From: Octopus sinensis
Lineage: Eukaryota
Direction of reading: 5' to 3'
Assembly: GCF_006345805.1 (NCBI RefSeq)
Contig: NC_043006.1
Location: 52,700,001 to 52,764,000 of the forward strand
DNA length: 64,000 nt
Each line of letters starts with the position of its first letter. Position 1 is the first letter of the stretch. The translations under genes and the position numbers were made by a program. Below the pieces are notes generated by a model. That model saw only the letters and a program-made list of their open reading frames with translations, was not told where the DNA came from and searched no databases. Positions 1-12,421 of this stretch are shown here, piece after piece.

Positions 1-49
1 AATAGAATTGAAGCTACGATCAAACAATTTTACACAGAGACTGGAATAG

Positions 50-413
50 ATGCAGCTGCGAGGTAAGAAACTTGCTTCCCAACCACATAGTCCCTGGTTC
101 AGTCCCCCTGAGTGGAACCTTTGGCAAGTAGCTTCTACTATAGCCACGGGTCGACCAAATCCTTGTGAGTGGATTTGGTAGACGGAAACTGAAAGAAGCC
201 CATTCTCTGTGTGTATGCGTGCGCGCGTTTGTCTCCTACCACTGCTAGACAACCGGCGCTGGTGCGTTTACGTTTCTGTAACTTAGCGCTCGAGTAAGTA
301 TCAGGCTTACAAAATAAGTACTGGGGTTGATTCGTTCGACTAATCCTCCAAGGTAGTGCTCCAGTATGGCCACAGCTTAATTACTGAAACAAGTCAAGGA
401 TAAAAGATAAAAG
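50..413 (+). mobile_element. tRNA-derived SINE, family with CR1-like 3' tail
   Basis: tRNA-like head (ggttcagtcccc B-box-like), body shared with 28585-28970 and 32385-32750, tail gtgctccagtatggccacagc...tgaaacaag then (AAAGAT)-type repeats. Confidence 0.75.
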
Positions 414-477
414 GTATAGTTAATTGTGATATTAAATTTCCAACGGAGTAAAGTATAATAGTATAATGTTTCAATGA

Positions 478-1311
478 CATTTCTTTCTTTCTTGACCATA
501 AGGGCCGCAAAAGACATTTAGAACAACACAAGGACAAAGGATAGCTGGAATTTACATAAAATCACGTAAACAATAAAAAACAATAACAATTAACTTCTCA
601 ATAAAGAAAAATACCATCCAAGTGCCACTGAAATAGCGCACACATCTGCTTGGAGTTGAGTAGCATGTGCTTTTCCTGTCCGTCAAAGACAGAATTGTGC
701 TATGCTGCTACATTGAGCTTTTGCTAGCTCCACATTTCTATCAATCTGCTTTTGTTCCTTCATGTATTACTCCATACACTCTAGTTCTGACCATGCAATC
801 TTCGTGCATAGCGTGAAAGAATATGTTGAACTGTGGACAACCTATGATCCCTGTCTATTGGTCAACAGAATATTCTAACTAAATACGAACTACATGATCC
901 GATGCTATTTGTCCATGTTCGCATTGGCACACTCTGGAAAGCCAGTCGGTACCTATCAGCTAGCTGGAAACGACTGGGCAGGATTACAAGGCTTTTGCAT
1001 TTGCCTCTACTATCAGTTATTTCCATACAATTCAGAGGTACATCCAAGATGGCGTTCCAATCGCCCACTACCACAAAAGAGTTGAACGTTCCTAGGTAAA
1101 CCTTCCAACATAAGAAGAAATGCTACTGCCCCACCTCAGTCGAGGTATACACATGGGTTAGTCTAAAGATACCACCTGTACTTCTAATCACATTCAAGCT
1201 CACCAACTTACCGTCCAGTCCAGAAAGATCGACTGTATCTCGTGGCCTAAATATTTCAGAAACAACACCAGTCACTCCGACTCCAATTTCGGGCCGAACA
1301 GGAAATGCCAA
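478..1311 (-). mobile_element. Decayed Tx1/L1-like non-LTR retrotransposon fragment (AP endonuclease remnant plus 3' end)
   Basis: ORF 862-1074 has VVGDWNAILD (APE GDxN motif). The left end resembles the Tx1 3' ends at 5409 and 17713. Confidence 0.65.
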
Positions 1312-1479
1312 AAATGAGTGCTAAGTCACTCATTTTGTTGGAAATCTTAGTCTTACAGGTAGCTATCCACATCCATTTTAGTTTCCTTTGGAAGGTCCTA
1401 TAGGAGCCTACTGTTGATTCTTCGATGGTGTTGATTCTTCGAACAGAGTGATGACATTTAGTAGAGATAACCCGAAAGT

Positions 1480-1700
1480 TGTTCCTCTTCGATTACTATC
1501 GCAAACAGCAGTAGCTTTCTTCAACCGAATACACGTAGTTGATTGGTTGAAATTACCCAAATACAACAACTTTAACACGAAATAACTTCTAAAATAGGAA
1601 ATTTTGTCAAAAATATTCAGAGTAAACCGTTTCCTACGTGAGAAATTCTACCAGTATTCGAAGTTTCAAACTGTTTAGTTTAAAAATTAATTAATTCAAA
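1480..1700. repeat. Unclassified interspersed repeat, related to 8919-9294
   Basis: Shares gattggttgaaatt and accagtat(t/a)cgaagtt blocks in the same order with 9150-9280. Confidence 0.4.
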
Positions 1701-2015
1701 ATCTGTGACTGGGATGGATTAGATCCTAAATAATAACATTTAGAAAGGGATTTAAGGACCAAATAAGAGAAGAAGGATAAATAAAACAATCTAAGCCCTA
1801 GAAAAATGGGGTACTTTTATATAAAATAGAAATCTCATAATGCTTCATCCTAGCATGCTGTTAAGGTGGTAATGATAGAATTATTCAACAATGCCGTAAT
1901 GCACTAATACCTGGACATCCTTGTTACTTATTTGCTTTTTATTCACCTAACTTCGAGCTGTGTGGACAATACTGGACTGACTTGGTGCCTCAATATAAGC
2001 ACCAAATTCAACTGA

Positions 2016-2017
2016 AT

Positions 2018-2067
<50 letters not shown>
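2016..2067. repeat. (TA)n microsatellite
   Basis: Direct inspection. Confidence 0.95.
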
Positions 2068-2071
<4 letters not shown>

Positions 2072-2229
2072 ATTAATAAACCATATATCACAAAAGAAGC
2101 ATACATATTTATACACACAAACATATATGTATATAAGCATATATGTAAATAAACATGCATGTTTATACACACAGACACTTATATATACACGTGTGTGTGT
2201 ATGTGTGTGTGCGTGCGCGCGCGTGTTAT

Positions 2230-2490
2230 GCATCTCTCTATTTAACTACCAGCACCCACTCAGACGGCAGATGATGGTTCCGCAATTTCTTGCACAACCT
2301 GTACTGATTATTTGTTTATAGTGTTCAAATGTTTGTGCTGCACGTCAGCTCACTGCCGCCATCAAATCGATATTGCCTGTACAGGAGCACGGTATGCCAA
2401 ACATCAGATGAAGTGACTTGCTCAAGAAAACAACGCACCACCCGGTCTCCAAATGGAAACCCTATCCCGTGATCGTGAGTGTAACGCCTT
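2230..2490 (-). mobile_element. Degenerate tRNA-derived SINE
   Basis: The reverse complement of 2400-2490 gives a tRNA-like head followed by ttcttgagcaagtcactt, as in the SINEs at 10010 and 13040. Confidence 0.55.
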
Positions 2491-3344
2491 AACCATTAGA
2501 CCACGCATTCTTATATAGATATATAGGTAAGTAGTTATGTAAGTACATGGATAGATAGGTAGGTAGGTAGGTTGGTGAGGAGGCAGATAATTTGGTAAGT
2601 AAGTAGGGAGGTAGGCGTCTAAAGATAAGACTTGTATAACCAGTACAATAATTGAAAGAAATGCTATTGACTTAAAACAACACATTTTTTACGAATCCTG
2701 TTCCGATGAGAAGGAAATGATATAATAGGGCCATAATATGTCTATAAGAGACTTTTGGTGAACGTCAAAGTTGTTGGATAAGTAAAGGACCAGAGTTCTC
2801 TATAAGATATTTCAAAAGCTAAGTTTGAGTCTTTATTTGTTGTCAAACATTAATTAATGGGAGTGTTTTATTTGATCATTTCTATTCATTTTCAATAACT
2901 CTAATGTTTTCTACTAAATATTAGACTAACGAAAAACGGGAACATAACAATGTATTGCTTAGAAATTAGGAATGTGCTTCTATTCACCCTCTCTTTTTGG
3001 CAAGTGATTTGTTTGAAAGGGGGAAGAGGGTGGCCAAGCCAAACAAATGAGCAAAGGAAGAAAAAGATTGATATTTCCAAAAATAGAACCCATCATGAAT
3101 GAAATTGGTGAAAAGGTTCGAGCATAATGAAAACTGCGTGGTTTCAGTGGCAAACCTATTCACTGACGATATCTAGAGATATATGTGGATTTAAATGTGA
3201 CGATAACCAACGAAAACCAATATATCAACCAAGCATGGTTGTCTGCGAAATACCTATAAAAAATTTGTGCATCCTACGGTTGTCGAAGCAGTTCGAACAT
3301 TTTAACAATTTTAAGAATTGTGTGTGTGTTCGTGCTCGCGCGTA

Positions 3345-3368
3345 TATATACATATATATTTCTTTATA

Positions 3369-3418
<50 letters not shown>

Positions 3419-3422
3419 TATA

Positions 3423-3480
<58 letters not shown>

Positions 3481-3505
3481 TAAAATTTATATATATGTAT
3501 GTATG
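3345..3505. repeat. (TA)n/(TATG)n low-complexity tract
   Basis: Direct inspection. Confidence 0.9.
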
Positions 3506-3599
3506 TGTGTTAGCAAAAATACAAATTTTATTTAATTTGCTTTGCGGGAGCAGCTGTTTTCTCGAAAGCGTATATTGTTGTTAAATGATCGAAATACGA

Positions 3600-3720
3600 G
3601 AGTAGAAAAACAGCCAACAACTGATGAAGGGTCGTTCATTATGTTGTTTGTCTTATTTTCCATTCGTGTCTTTCGTTGTACTCGTACTTCGTATTTTTTT
3701 GTTGTACACGTTTCATGACG
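3600..3720 (+). repeat. Interspersed repeat, putative Penelope-like terminal remnant
   Basis: Homologous to the reverse complement of 15230-15346 (aaaaca..caacaactgatgaagggtcgtt...gtcttattttccatt). Lies near TA tracts. Confidence 0.5.
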
Positions 3721-3824
3721 TCTTGTTCCCACATATGCATATATATATATGCATATAGATGTAAGTATGTACATATATGTATGTATATAAACATATATAT
3801 ATATATATTATTTATATTATTATA

Positions 3825-4190
3825 CTAGCAGTATCGCCCGGCGTTGCTCGGTTTTGTAAGGGAAATAACTATAAAGCATTTTTAGAGAGTTATAGCGAAA
3901 AAAATGGAAAAAAAATTATGGTAAATTGTTTTTGAGAGTTAAAAAGGTCGAGTTGCGTCCCCTAGACAGTCTGTGGTTTGTGTTTCTGATTCTCGACCCC
4001 ATTATCGATTTTTTTCAGAACTGGGGGAACTTTTCAAAATTTTCTCTGCGTTAGTTTTGAATTATGACATTGGGCTATGTGTGTGTCAAGTTTCATCAGA
4101 ATCGGTTGAAAGCCGTGGTCAGGGTGAGGGTACAACCTAACAGACACACAGATACGCACACAGACAAACTGCCGTTTATATATAGAGAGA
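3825..4190 (-). mobile_element. Short non-autonomous Helitron, copy 1
   Basis: On the minus strand it starts TC after A, ends CTAG before T, and has a GC-rich subterminal hairpin (ccgagcaacgccggg) about 8 nt before CTAG. A second copy is at 9498-9881. Confidence 0.8.
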
Positions 4191-4224
4191 TGATTAAAAG
4201 CCACACATCCTCTTCCAAGTAAGT

Positions 4225-4269
<45 letters not shown>

Positions 4270-4494
4270 GACCCCTATTTGAATTTACTCCTACGTATTC
4301 ATCGTTCAGGTATACCAGCAGATGGAGTTTATACCATTTTACATATAGTCGTGGGCAAGCTAAGCTATTTGCCCCCGGTTCGGTTCAGGTATGTGACGTT
4401 GATAAGCCACAAAAATGGCGAAACATCGATGTCCATCGCCCTTGAATGGGACTTGAAGTGAGGTTCTCGCCTGTCTATGACTATGACGCTCATA

Positions 4495-4737
4495 TGATTT
4501 ATCACGCGTTGCTTTGAGATGGTTCATACAGCTTTTGTGGTAAGAAATGCTTAGCGGCATTTCGTCCATCTTTACGTTGTGAGTTCAAATTTCGCCGAGG
4601 TCGACTTTGCTTTTCCTCCTTTCGGTATCGATAAAATAAGTATCAGTTCAGTACTGGGGTTGATGTAATCAAGTTACTCACTCTCCCAAGCTTGCTAGCC
4701 TTGTGCCAAAGTTTGAAACCAATATTTGAAGTGGAGT
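4495..4737 (+). mobile_element. Nin/Deu-domain tRNA-derived SINE
   Basis: gagttcaaatt B-box followed by ccgaggtcgactttgc..tcctttcgg..tcgataaaataagta. Confidence 0.75.
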
Positions 4738-5335
4738 TGTGTTTGAAAATATAAGTAAAACTCAAAAAGAAAGTATAATTAGGACAGTTGAGCAGTTAAA
4801 GCGTTAATAAAAGATGCTTTGCTGTATTTGTTCCGGCTTTTTAGATTTGGAGTTGAAATCAATCATAGCAAGATGAACCTAATCTTTCATCAATAAAATA
4901 AAAGTATCAGTCGAGTACTAAGGTCGAATTAATCTATTGCTCTTTTCCTCAAATTTCTGGTATATTTCCGGGTACAAATGATGACTTAGAAATAAAATTG
5001 ATTGGAAAAGAATGATTAATTAGAATGTTATAACACTATACGTTGTGGGAGTTATTAGAGAGAGAGAGAAAAAAGAGAAGGTATAGAAATGGAATAACAA
5101 CTTCGTTTGTTGTTTCAAACTGACAATGGTGTTAGTTCGTTTCTACGCAAATTACGTGCAAACGGTTGAATTGCTAACAATTTAAATTGATATATAATTA
5201 TAAATAAATACACTTACTCATACACACACACGTATATATATATATATTGTCAAAGATATGCTTCGATATTTCTAAAACTGAATAATATGGATAGAATATT
5301 GATGAAAATACACGTACTTGTACATGAACAAAATG

Positions 5336-5336
5336 A

Positions 5337-5374
<38 letters not shown>

Positions 5375-5408
5375 TAATAATAATAATAATAATAATAATA
5401 GTAATAAT
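5336..5408. repeat. (AAT)n microsatellite at the 3' end of a Tx1 fragment
   Basis: Direct inspection. Confidence 0.95.
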
Positions 5409-6045
5409 TTCATTTATTTGCCACGAGGGCGAAAGATGAGGGAGTCAATACAGAGACAGACATAAAATATGGGGGTTTGCATATAATAATGAAATGATAA
5501 AAATAAATAAATAGAAAATATACACAGTATACTCTGGGAAAGAGGAGACATATACATAGCATACAGAGGTACAAAAAAGTGGGGAGGAGGATGATAGAGA
5601 TGTGGCCTCCCTGATACAAGAACGCCTCAAGGGATAATCAAGGAACCCCACCGTCCGAGATTTCCCTGAAACCCTTTGAGCAAGTGCCCTCTCTAATTCC
5701 TACTCTCCGACTCTCAGGTCTACACTTAGAGAGGTACTATCCACTCTTGCCATTTTCGCAACTTTCGATAAATTCACTCAAGGACAGTACTTCCCCCTCC
5801 ATTCTTAATTTCGTTTTCAAGTGAAACTAGAAAAGTCAATGAGAATTCTACCAAAGAGAAATGTATCTGTCCTCATGTCTTTCAGCCTTGTCCGCCAAAC
5901 AACCTCTTTCACCACAGCCAACAGGCAAAGGAAAGCTGCCTTGCCTGCCCGATTGAAGGAAGGCGGCGGTGCAATCATCACTACAGACTCGGCCGACAGA
6001 CGGATCCGTTCCACACGTGACACATAAGACAGCTAAAAACAACCA
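5409..6045 (-). mobile_element. Tx1/L1-like element, 3' fragment
   Basis: ORF 5817-6023 (LSAESVVMIAPPPSFNRAGKAAFLCLLAVVKEVVWRTRLK) aligns with the C-terminus of ORF 18114-18917. The 3' UTR ends GTGGCAAATAAATGAA then (ATT)n. Confidence 0.8.
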
Positions 6046-6109
6046 CGTGGATTCTGTTGAGACCAGTAAGAAACAATTATGAACTTTTTTACTACACTTA
6101 ACTTTTTAA

Positions 6110-6163
6110 AATATTTTTGATAAGATTCGTTTTTTCAAGAAGAACCGAAACATGTAAAATTTC
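6110..6163 (+). ncRNA. Degenerate minimal type I hammerhead motif in a Penelope-like terminal remnant
   Basis: atattt-TTGATAA-gattc...gaacc-GAAAC-AT-GTA-aaattt. Stem III is palindromic (ACATGT), and AATAAA and a TA tract follow. The core is mutated. Confidence 0.45.
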
Positions 6164-6340
6164 TAAAAAAAATAAAAAACTTCTTTTTTATAAATATATA
6201 CCCACTCATATACGATCTACACTTATTATAAATATATATATATATATATATATAATACATATTATTATATTTTATATTATATATATAATATATATTTATA
6301 TTATATATATAATATATATTTATATATTATATATATATAT

Positions 6341-7610
6341 GACTGGGTGTTGAGGCAGTTACTCAACAAATCAAATGTGGACGCAATATACCTTGATTTT
6401 GCAAAAGCTTTTGACAAGGGAGATCATGGCATGATATACCACAAACTGCGTGATCTTGGCATAGCTGAAAAACTTGGAGAGTAGTTACATGACTTTCTGA
6501 AAGATAGGAGTCAGGCAGTAGTGGTTAATGGCGCCACCTCCATGAACACACAAATAGTGAGCGGTGTTCCACAGAGCACTGTCTTGGGATCACCGCTTTT
6601 CATAGCGGCCCTCTCAGATATGCCCTCAAATGCCGGATAGCTATGCAGATGATACGAAAGTCTCGCAGAAAATACAGAACCCCAGTGATGTTGCACACCT
6701 ACAGTAGGAGTTGGACTCAATTTACAGATGGGCTGAGGATAACAATATGCAATTTATTGCTGAAAAATTCCAAGCCCTGCGCTACCAGCATCCAAAACTG
6801 AATATGAAACTTACAGGGTACACCAGTCCACAGGGAATTTCAATCCCAATGAGGGACCTGGGTATCGACATGAGTGATGATAACACTTTCCAAGTGTACA
6901 TTACCAGGATGGCGACAAAGTGCAGACAACTGGCTGGATGAATCCTAAGAACATTCAGAATCAGAGATAAGGAAACCATGATGGTCCTCTGGCGGACATT
7001 CGTCCTCAGCCGCCTGGATTACTGCTCACAGTTATGGTCACCCTCCAGTGTGAAATTAACAGCGGACAATGAAGCAATCCAGAGAAGATTCACAAAGAAG
7101 ATCGTCTCTTTGCAACAGCTCAGCTACTGGGAAAGGTTGAAACAGCTAAAACTCTACTCCCTGGAAAGAAGACGGGAGAGGTATGTAGTAATATATATCT
7201 GGAAGATCCTGGAAGGAATTGTACCAAATTTTGGCAATGAAAACTACACCAATGCCAGAGCGGGACGACACTGCATAGTGCCAAAGATCCCAGCAACGCC
7301 ATTGCGCTTCAGGACCAGTTACTGCAACAGCCTGGGTTTCAGAGGCCCACTGCTTTTTAATATTATCCCAAACAGTCTGAGAAACCTGTACAAAGTAGAA
7401 GTAGGGGTTTTTAAATCAAAGCTGGACCTCTTCCTGTCAAGATTCCCAGATGAACCTACCTCACAGCAAGAGATGCAAATGAGTGTAGCTATATCAAACT
7501 CCATTCTTCACCAAGTGCCACATATTAGAGGAGGCTCTTAGTAATAACAGTGTAGCAAAACGGCGGTGCATCAGCATGGCCCCAGCTCTGAGCTGAAACT
7601 AGAGAGAAAA
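6341..7610 (+). mobile_element. 5'-truncated CR1-group LINE (RT domain and C-terminus, disrupted)
   Basis: Translates to YLDFAKAFDK, SGVPQSTVLGSPLF and YADDTK, then SRLDYCSQLWSP...IQRRFTK...LSYWERLKQLKLYSLERRRER (ORF 6978-7541). Contains stops and frameshifts. Confidence 0.9.
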
Positions 7611-7612
7611 AA

Positions 7613-8318
7613 ATATATATATACTATATGTATTTATATTATATATATTATATATAATATATATTTATATATATATATATGTTAAATAATATGTATATAA
7701 TATATATATTATATATATTATATATATATAATATAATAATACTTATATTATATTATATATATATATATAAAATATATACTTATATATTATATATATATAT
7801 ATATATAATATATACTTATATATCATATATATTATATATATATAAATATATACTTATATTATATATATTATATATATATATAATATATACTTATATTATA
7901 TATTAATTATATATATATAATATATACTTATATATATATATTATATAATATATATAATATATACTTATATTATATATATTATATATATATATATTATATA
8001 CTTATATTATATATATTATATATATAATAATATATATTTATATTATGTATATATATACTTATATTATATATATATATAATATATACTTATATTATATATA
8101 TTTATATATATATAATATATACTTATATATATATATATATATATAATATTATATATATATATACTATATATATATATATAAAATATATACTTATATATAT
8201 ATATATATATATATTATATAAATATATACTTATATTATATATATTTTATATATTTTATATATATATATATATATAAAATATATTTTATATATTATATATA
8301 TACTATGTATTATATGTA

Positions 8319-8351
<33 letters not shown>

Positions 8352-8358
8352 ATATATA
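7613..8358. repeat. About 750-bp compound TA-rich tract with a recurrent tatacttatatt variant
   Basis: Direct inspection. Confidence 0.9.
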
Positions 8359-8918
8359 TTTGACACACATATTCTGGTACACAAATACGCACAACATATA
8401 TGTATGTGTGTTTGCTTTTATAAGTATAAAGTTTTTATAAGTACAAAGCAGTTAATAGGTGTTATGATGCTTCTCAAATATAAATAACCTATTTTTAGTT
8501 CAAATTAACCGACTAATAAGGCGCAAAGCTATTAATTCTTTGTGAAAAGGGTGTTGGCAGATGTTATTTTTATTTGATTATGTGCGTATCTAAAACATTT
8601 CTGATATAACCACAATGGTCAGAATTTGATGGAGGGTGGGTGACAGTTTGTTTGTATATCATCAGTAGTTTGTTTATATATCATCCAGAAAGATGAAAGC
8701 TAATGTTGACTTCAGTAACATTTAAACTCCGAACCTAAAACGAGTTCACAAGTGATTTCATCCCATTCATCAATTTACTGTCTCGGTTTCCGCTTTTTAA
8801 TGATTTGGGCATAAAATCCTTCAATACTAATTTTTTTGTTAATATTCAAAATATTGGATATTTTAGGGGAAGGATAACGTGAACTAGAATCAATAGTAAT
8901 GATTCGACTATTAAAATA

Positions 8919-9294
8919 GTAGGATCTTTTCGGTTTGAACGGCAGTTTTTTCTAGCGGTGTCATAGGAAATTGTCACCCATAATTATGACCCTAGAATCG
9001 ATCTATTGCATTTCAATCTCTTTTAGGGTTAGGGTTAATGGTGGGGGAAGGGTATCTTTTTTTCTTCACAAATGTAAATAAACCCAATCTGTTTCTTAAA
9101 CGAGGGACATATTCATACGGCACAGAATGCTTTTTTACTCAATAGACGTCACTGATTGGTTGAAATTGCAGAAATTGAAGAAAAAATACAAAACAATATT
9201 TACAAACTATGAATTTTCTCATAAAGCCCAAGAGAAAGAGATGTTTATAAAAACACATTTACCAGTATACGAAGTTAAAATTTTTTAGTTACCT
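8919..9294. repeat. Unclassified interspersed repeat (taggatcttttcggtttg...gttacctag) with an internal TTAGGG dimer
   Basis: Discrete element-like block with partial homology to 1480-1700. No coding signal. Confidence 0.45.
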
Positions 9295-9497
9295 AGAAAA
9301 AATCCAAATAGTATAATGTATATTTAAAAACAGAAGCTACGACTGTGTTACATTTATAATACCGAATATTTATTACAGTCCTTGATATAAGAAACGGTCT
9401 GTGATAAGTGCAAAAGTCTAAATAGCATATGACGAAAGTGATAGATTCAATAGGAGGAAATAATAGAGATAGATAAGAAATCACTTATATCATAATA

Positions 9498-9881
9498 CTA
9501 GCAGTATCGCCCGGCGTTGCTCAGGTTTGTAAGGGAAATAACTATAAAGCATTTTTAGAGAGTTATAGCCAAAAAATAGCAAAAAAATGGAAAAAAAATG
9601 ATGGTTAATTTTTTTTTGAGAGTAAAAAAGTTTGAGTTGCGTCCCCTAGACGTCTGTGGTTATTTTTTTTGATTCTCGACCCCATGTCGAATTTATCGAT
9701 TTTTTTCAGAACTGGGGAACTTTTCAAAATTTTCGCTGCGTTAGTTTTGGAATTATGAACTTGGGTATGTGTGTGTTCAAGTTTCATCAGAATCGGTTGA
9801 AAGCCGTGGTCAGAGTGAGGGTACGAGAAAACAGACACACAGAAACACGCACAGACAAACTGCCGTTTATATAGAGAGAGA
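9498..9881 (-). mobile_element. Short non-autonomous Helitron, copy 2
   Basis: Same A|TC...hairpin-CTAG|T ends and body as 3825-4190. Confidence 0.8.
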
Positions 9882-10009
9882 TTACAGATTCTGACTTTCT
9901 ATATCAACTATATTAGTATCTCAACATTAATTCAATAATAACCTGTATTTATCGTTTATAAGATGACTATAGAGATAACGTAGTAATTATTTGTCTATTA
10001 CTTGTTAAT

Positions 10010-10195
10010 GAAGGCGGGTGGCTTACTGGTTCTGGTATTCGGCTCACGATCCTGAGTTCAATTCCTGGCGACGCGTTGTGTCCTTGAGCAAGACACTTTA
10101 TCTCACGTTGCTCCAGTCTACTCAGCTGCAAAATGAGTAGTACCTGTATTTCAAAGGGCCGGCCTTGTGACACTTGTGTCACGCTAAATTTCAAA
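10010..10195 (+). mobile_element. tRNA-derived SINE (partial), same family as 13040-13379
   Basis: gagttcaattcc B-box, then ttgtgtccttgagcaagacactttat.tcacgttgctccagt. Confidence 0.7.
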
Positions 10196-10439
10196 AGATC
10201 AGTAAATGGTCATAGGTTCAAGCCCTCTCGCTTGATTAAAAAATAACAACAAAAAATGAAAATGTGCAATAATTTTCGCGCTTGCTCATATACAATATTG
10301 TAGTTAAGGATTCTTTTATCACTCTTTTAACAAATATTGAGAAGACTATGGCAAGGTTTGTCTCTTGTTCCACTTCAAAATTATTAAAATAGCCCGGAGT
10401 GCTAACGATTCTGCCAGCTCGCATGCTTAATTATTAAAA

Positions 10440-10655
10440 TAATATTGATTTCATTTTTTGGCACAAGGTCAGCTATTTCGAGAGAAGGGATAAGTCGGTT
10501 AAATCGACCCCAGTGCTTGACTGGTAATTATTTTATCGACCCCGAAATGATAAAAGGCTAAGTCGACGTTGGCGTAATTTGATCTCAGAACGTAAAGACG
10601 GGCGAAATGCCGCTAAATATCTTGTCTGGCGTGCTAGCGATTCTGCCTGCAACAT
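10440..10655 (-). mobile_element. Degenerate Nin/Deu-domain SINE
   Basis: tcgaccccagtgcttgactggta..ttatcgaccccgaaa..aaggctaagtcgac. Confidence 0.65.
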
Positions 10656-11508
10656 ATCTTAATTATTTAAATGATATTAGCTATTAATCTACTGTTGTCT
10701 TTTCCACATCACATAATTATTTTTGGTTAAATTTTTGATGTTCGCTGTATCTTATATACTGATTAACTTAGCTTGTAATGTATTTAATCTGGTGCGCCAC
10801 TATTTTTGGCAACACAATCTTCTCTCCGTGAAATATGTAAATACAATTGTTTTAATGAAAGCCATGAAAAGAATGGTGATTGAAAATTCTTTATTCAGTG
10901 TATAAAGGGGAGCAGCAGTACTCATGAAGGTCAGTGGTTCGTATCCCATCACCAGCTCAGCGCTGTGTTAGTGGTTGAAACATTTGCCTCATAAGTGGCA
11001 CTGTCCTCCTATCTCTAAATAGTAACATGTTGAATGAGCGAACTCAATTACATTGACACAAGTATATTACTAGCACTGGTTTTACTGATCCTGATCAAAT
11101 GAAAACACAATTGTGTTCAAATTCAAATCGGTTTCTCTTAGTGTTTCTGGGAAGACATTTTATTCTGCATTATGTAGAATGTCGCCAAAAAAAAAAATAG
11201 GTTCTAGAATTTCAATGAGTACTAGATAAAATAAACAGGTATTTTACCCTAGGAAAGCTTATCGTTCATTCAGTTAACACCGAGGAATTCTAAACTAAAT
11301 ACGGGGCTCTGGACTCAGTAAATTAGTTAGTGAAGGTATTAGATTTTATTCTCTTAGCCACCTTCATCATATATTTAATAAAACTGTGATCGAGGGATAA
11401 ATAGAAGTAGATAGATATATTCAGAGATACATTGATAAATAGACTGATTGATTCTCGAACACATACACACACAGAAGCACATATATACACACACACAAAT
11501 ATATATAT

Positions 11509-11540
<32 letters not shown>

Positions 11541-11554
11541 ATATATACATATAT

Positions 11555-11592
<38 letters not shown>

Positions 11593-12421
11593 TACAGTCT
11601 GTATTTTTAATTTTACAAAATTCTGAAATTCTCCAGAAATTTTAATATTGCAGATAGCTGCAAAAGAAAGTCTCATTGAATCAAACTGTCTATCGTCGTG
11701 TTTATATTTGAATATCTGCAAATATTTACTTGCTTAAGGGTCTTGAGAACTCGTAAATCTTTCATTGTCAACCTGCACTTAAAAAAATTCAATAGTTTTA
11801 CTTCGTTTGTTTGTTTCTTACATGTTCCTTTTGTTCAAATTGTCCAGTTATTTTTACATAAAAAGATTTTTCCGGAATCTTAAAATACTTCATTTTTCGA
11901 CAGTAACTCAAACATTTAACCAGACTTACATATTTCTATATTGAATCATAAATCGCCCACCTACAATTCACCTAGCGCTATTCCTCACACTCCTTCGAGC
12001 TTTATTCTTGAGTGTTTATCTTTATAACATGATGTTGTTTAAACCCCATCCATGCTTTGATTGAAAAGACAATGATAAAAGGCATCCATTCTTTATTCTA
12101 TTTTTTTTTCAAAGTGTATCTTAATGTATTTCTTGTTTTTAAATGACAATCTAGTGTGTGAATAGAAGAAACTTTACTTGATATTTGTAGTACCTCACGT
12201 AAGCCATGTGAGATTCTCTGGGCCGTGGAAGTAGTGATACAGCAACATGGTTGACTATATGTAATACAATGTTTAGGTAGCCCAATACCTTATATTCTGA
12301 CTTCAAATACAGTTTGTCTTTTTTTTTGTGTTTTGTTTTGTTAAACAGCAGGGAGACAAGACTACTATTTCTTGCAGTTGAATTTGGATATCATTTCCTC
12401 AGCTCAATAAAATAATTATTC

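Noticed and set aside
3620-3645. CTGATGAAGGG as a hammerhead (also CAGATGAAGGG at 15547)
   Set aside because: No downstream GAAA, stem III or cleavage triplet.
4088-4105. CTGATGA on the minus strand in both Helitrons
   Set aside because: No hammerhead stems or GAAA element follow. It is internal Helitron sequence.
9024-9037. Telomeric TTAGGG repeat
   Set aside because: Only about two units, internal to an interspersed repeat.
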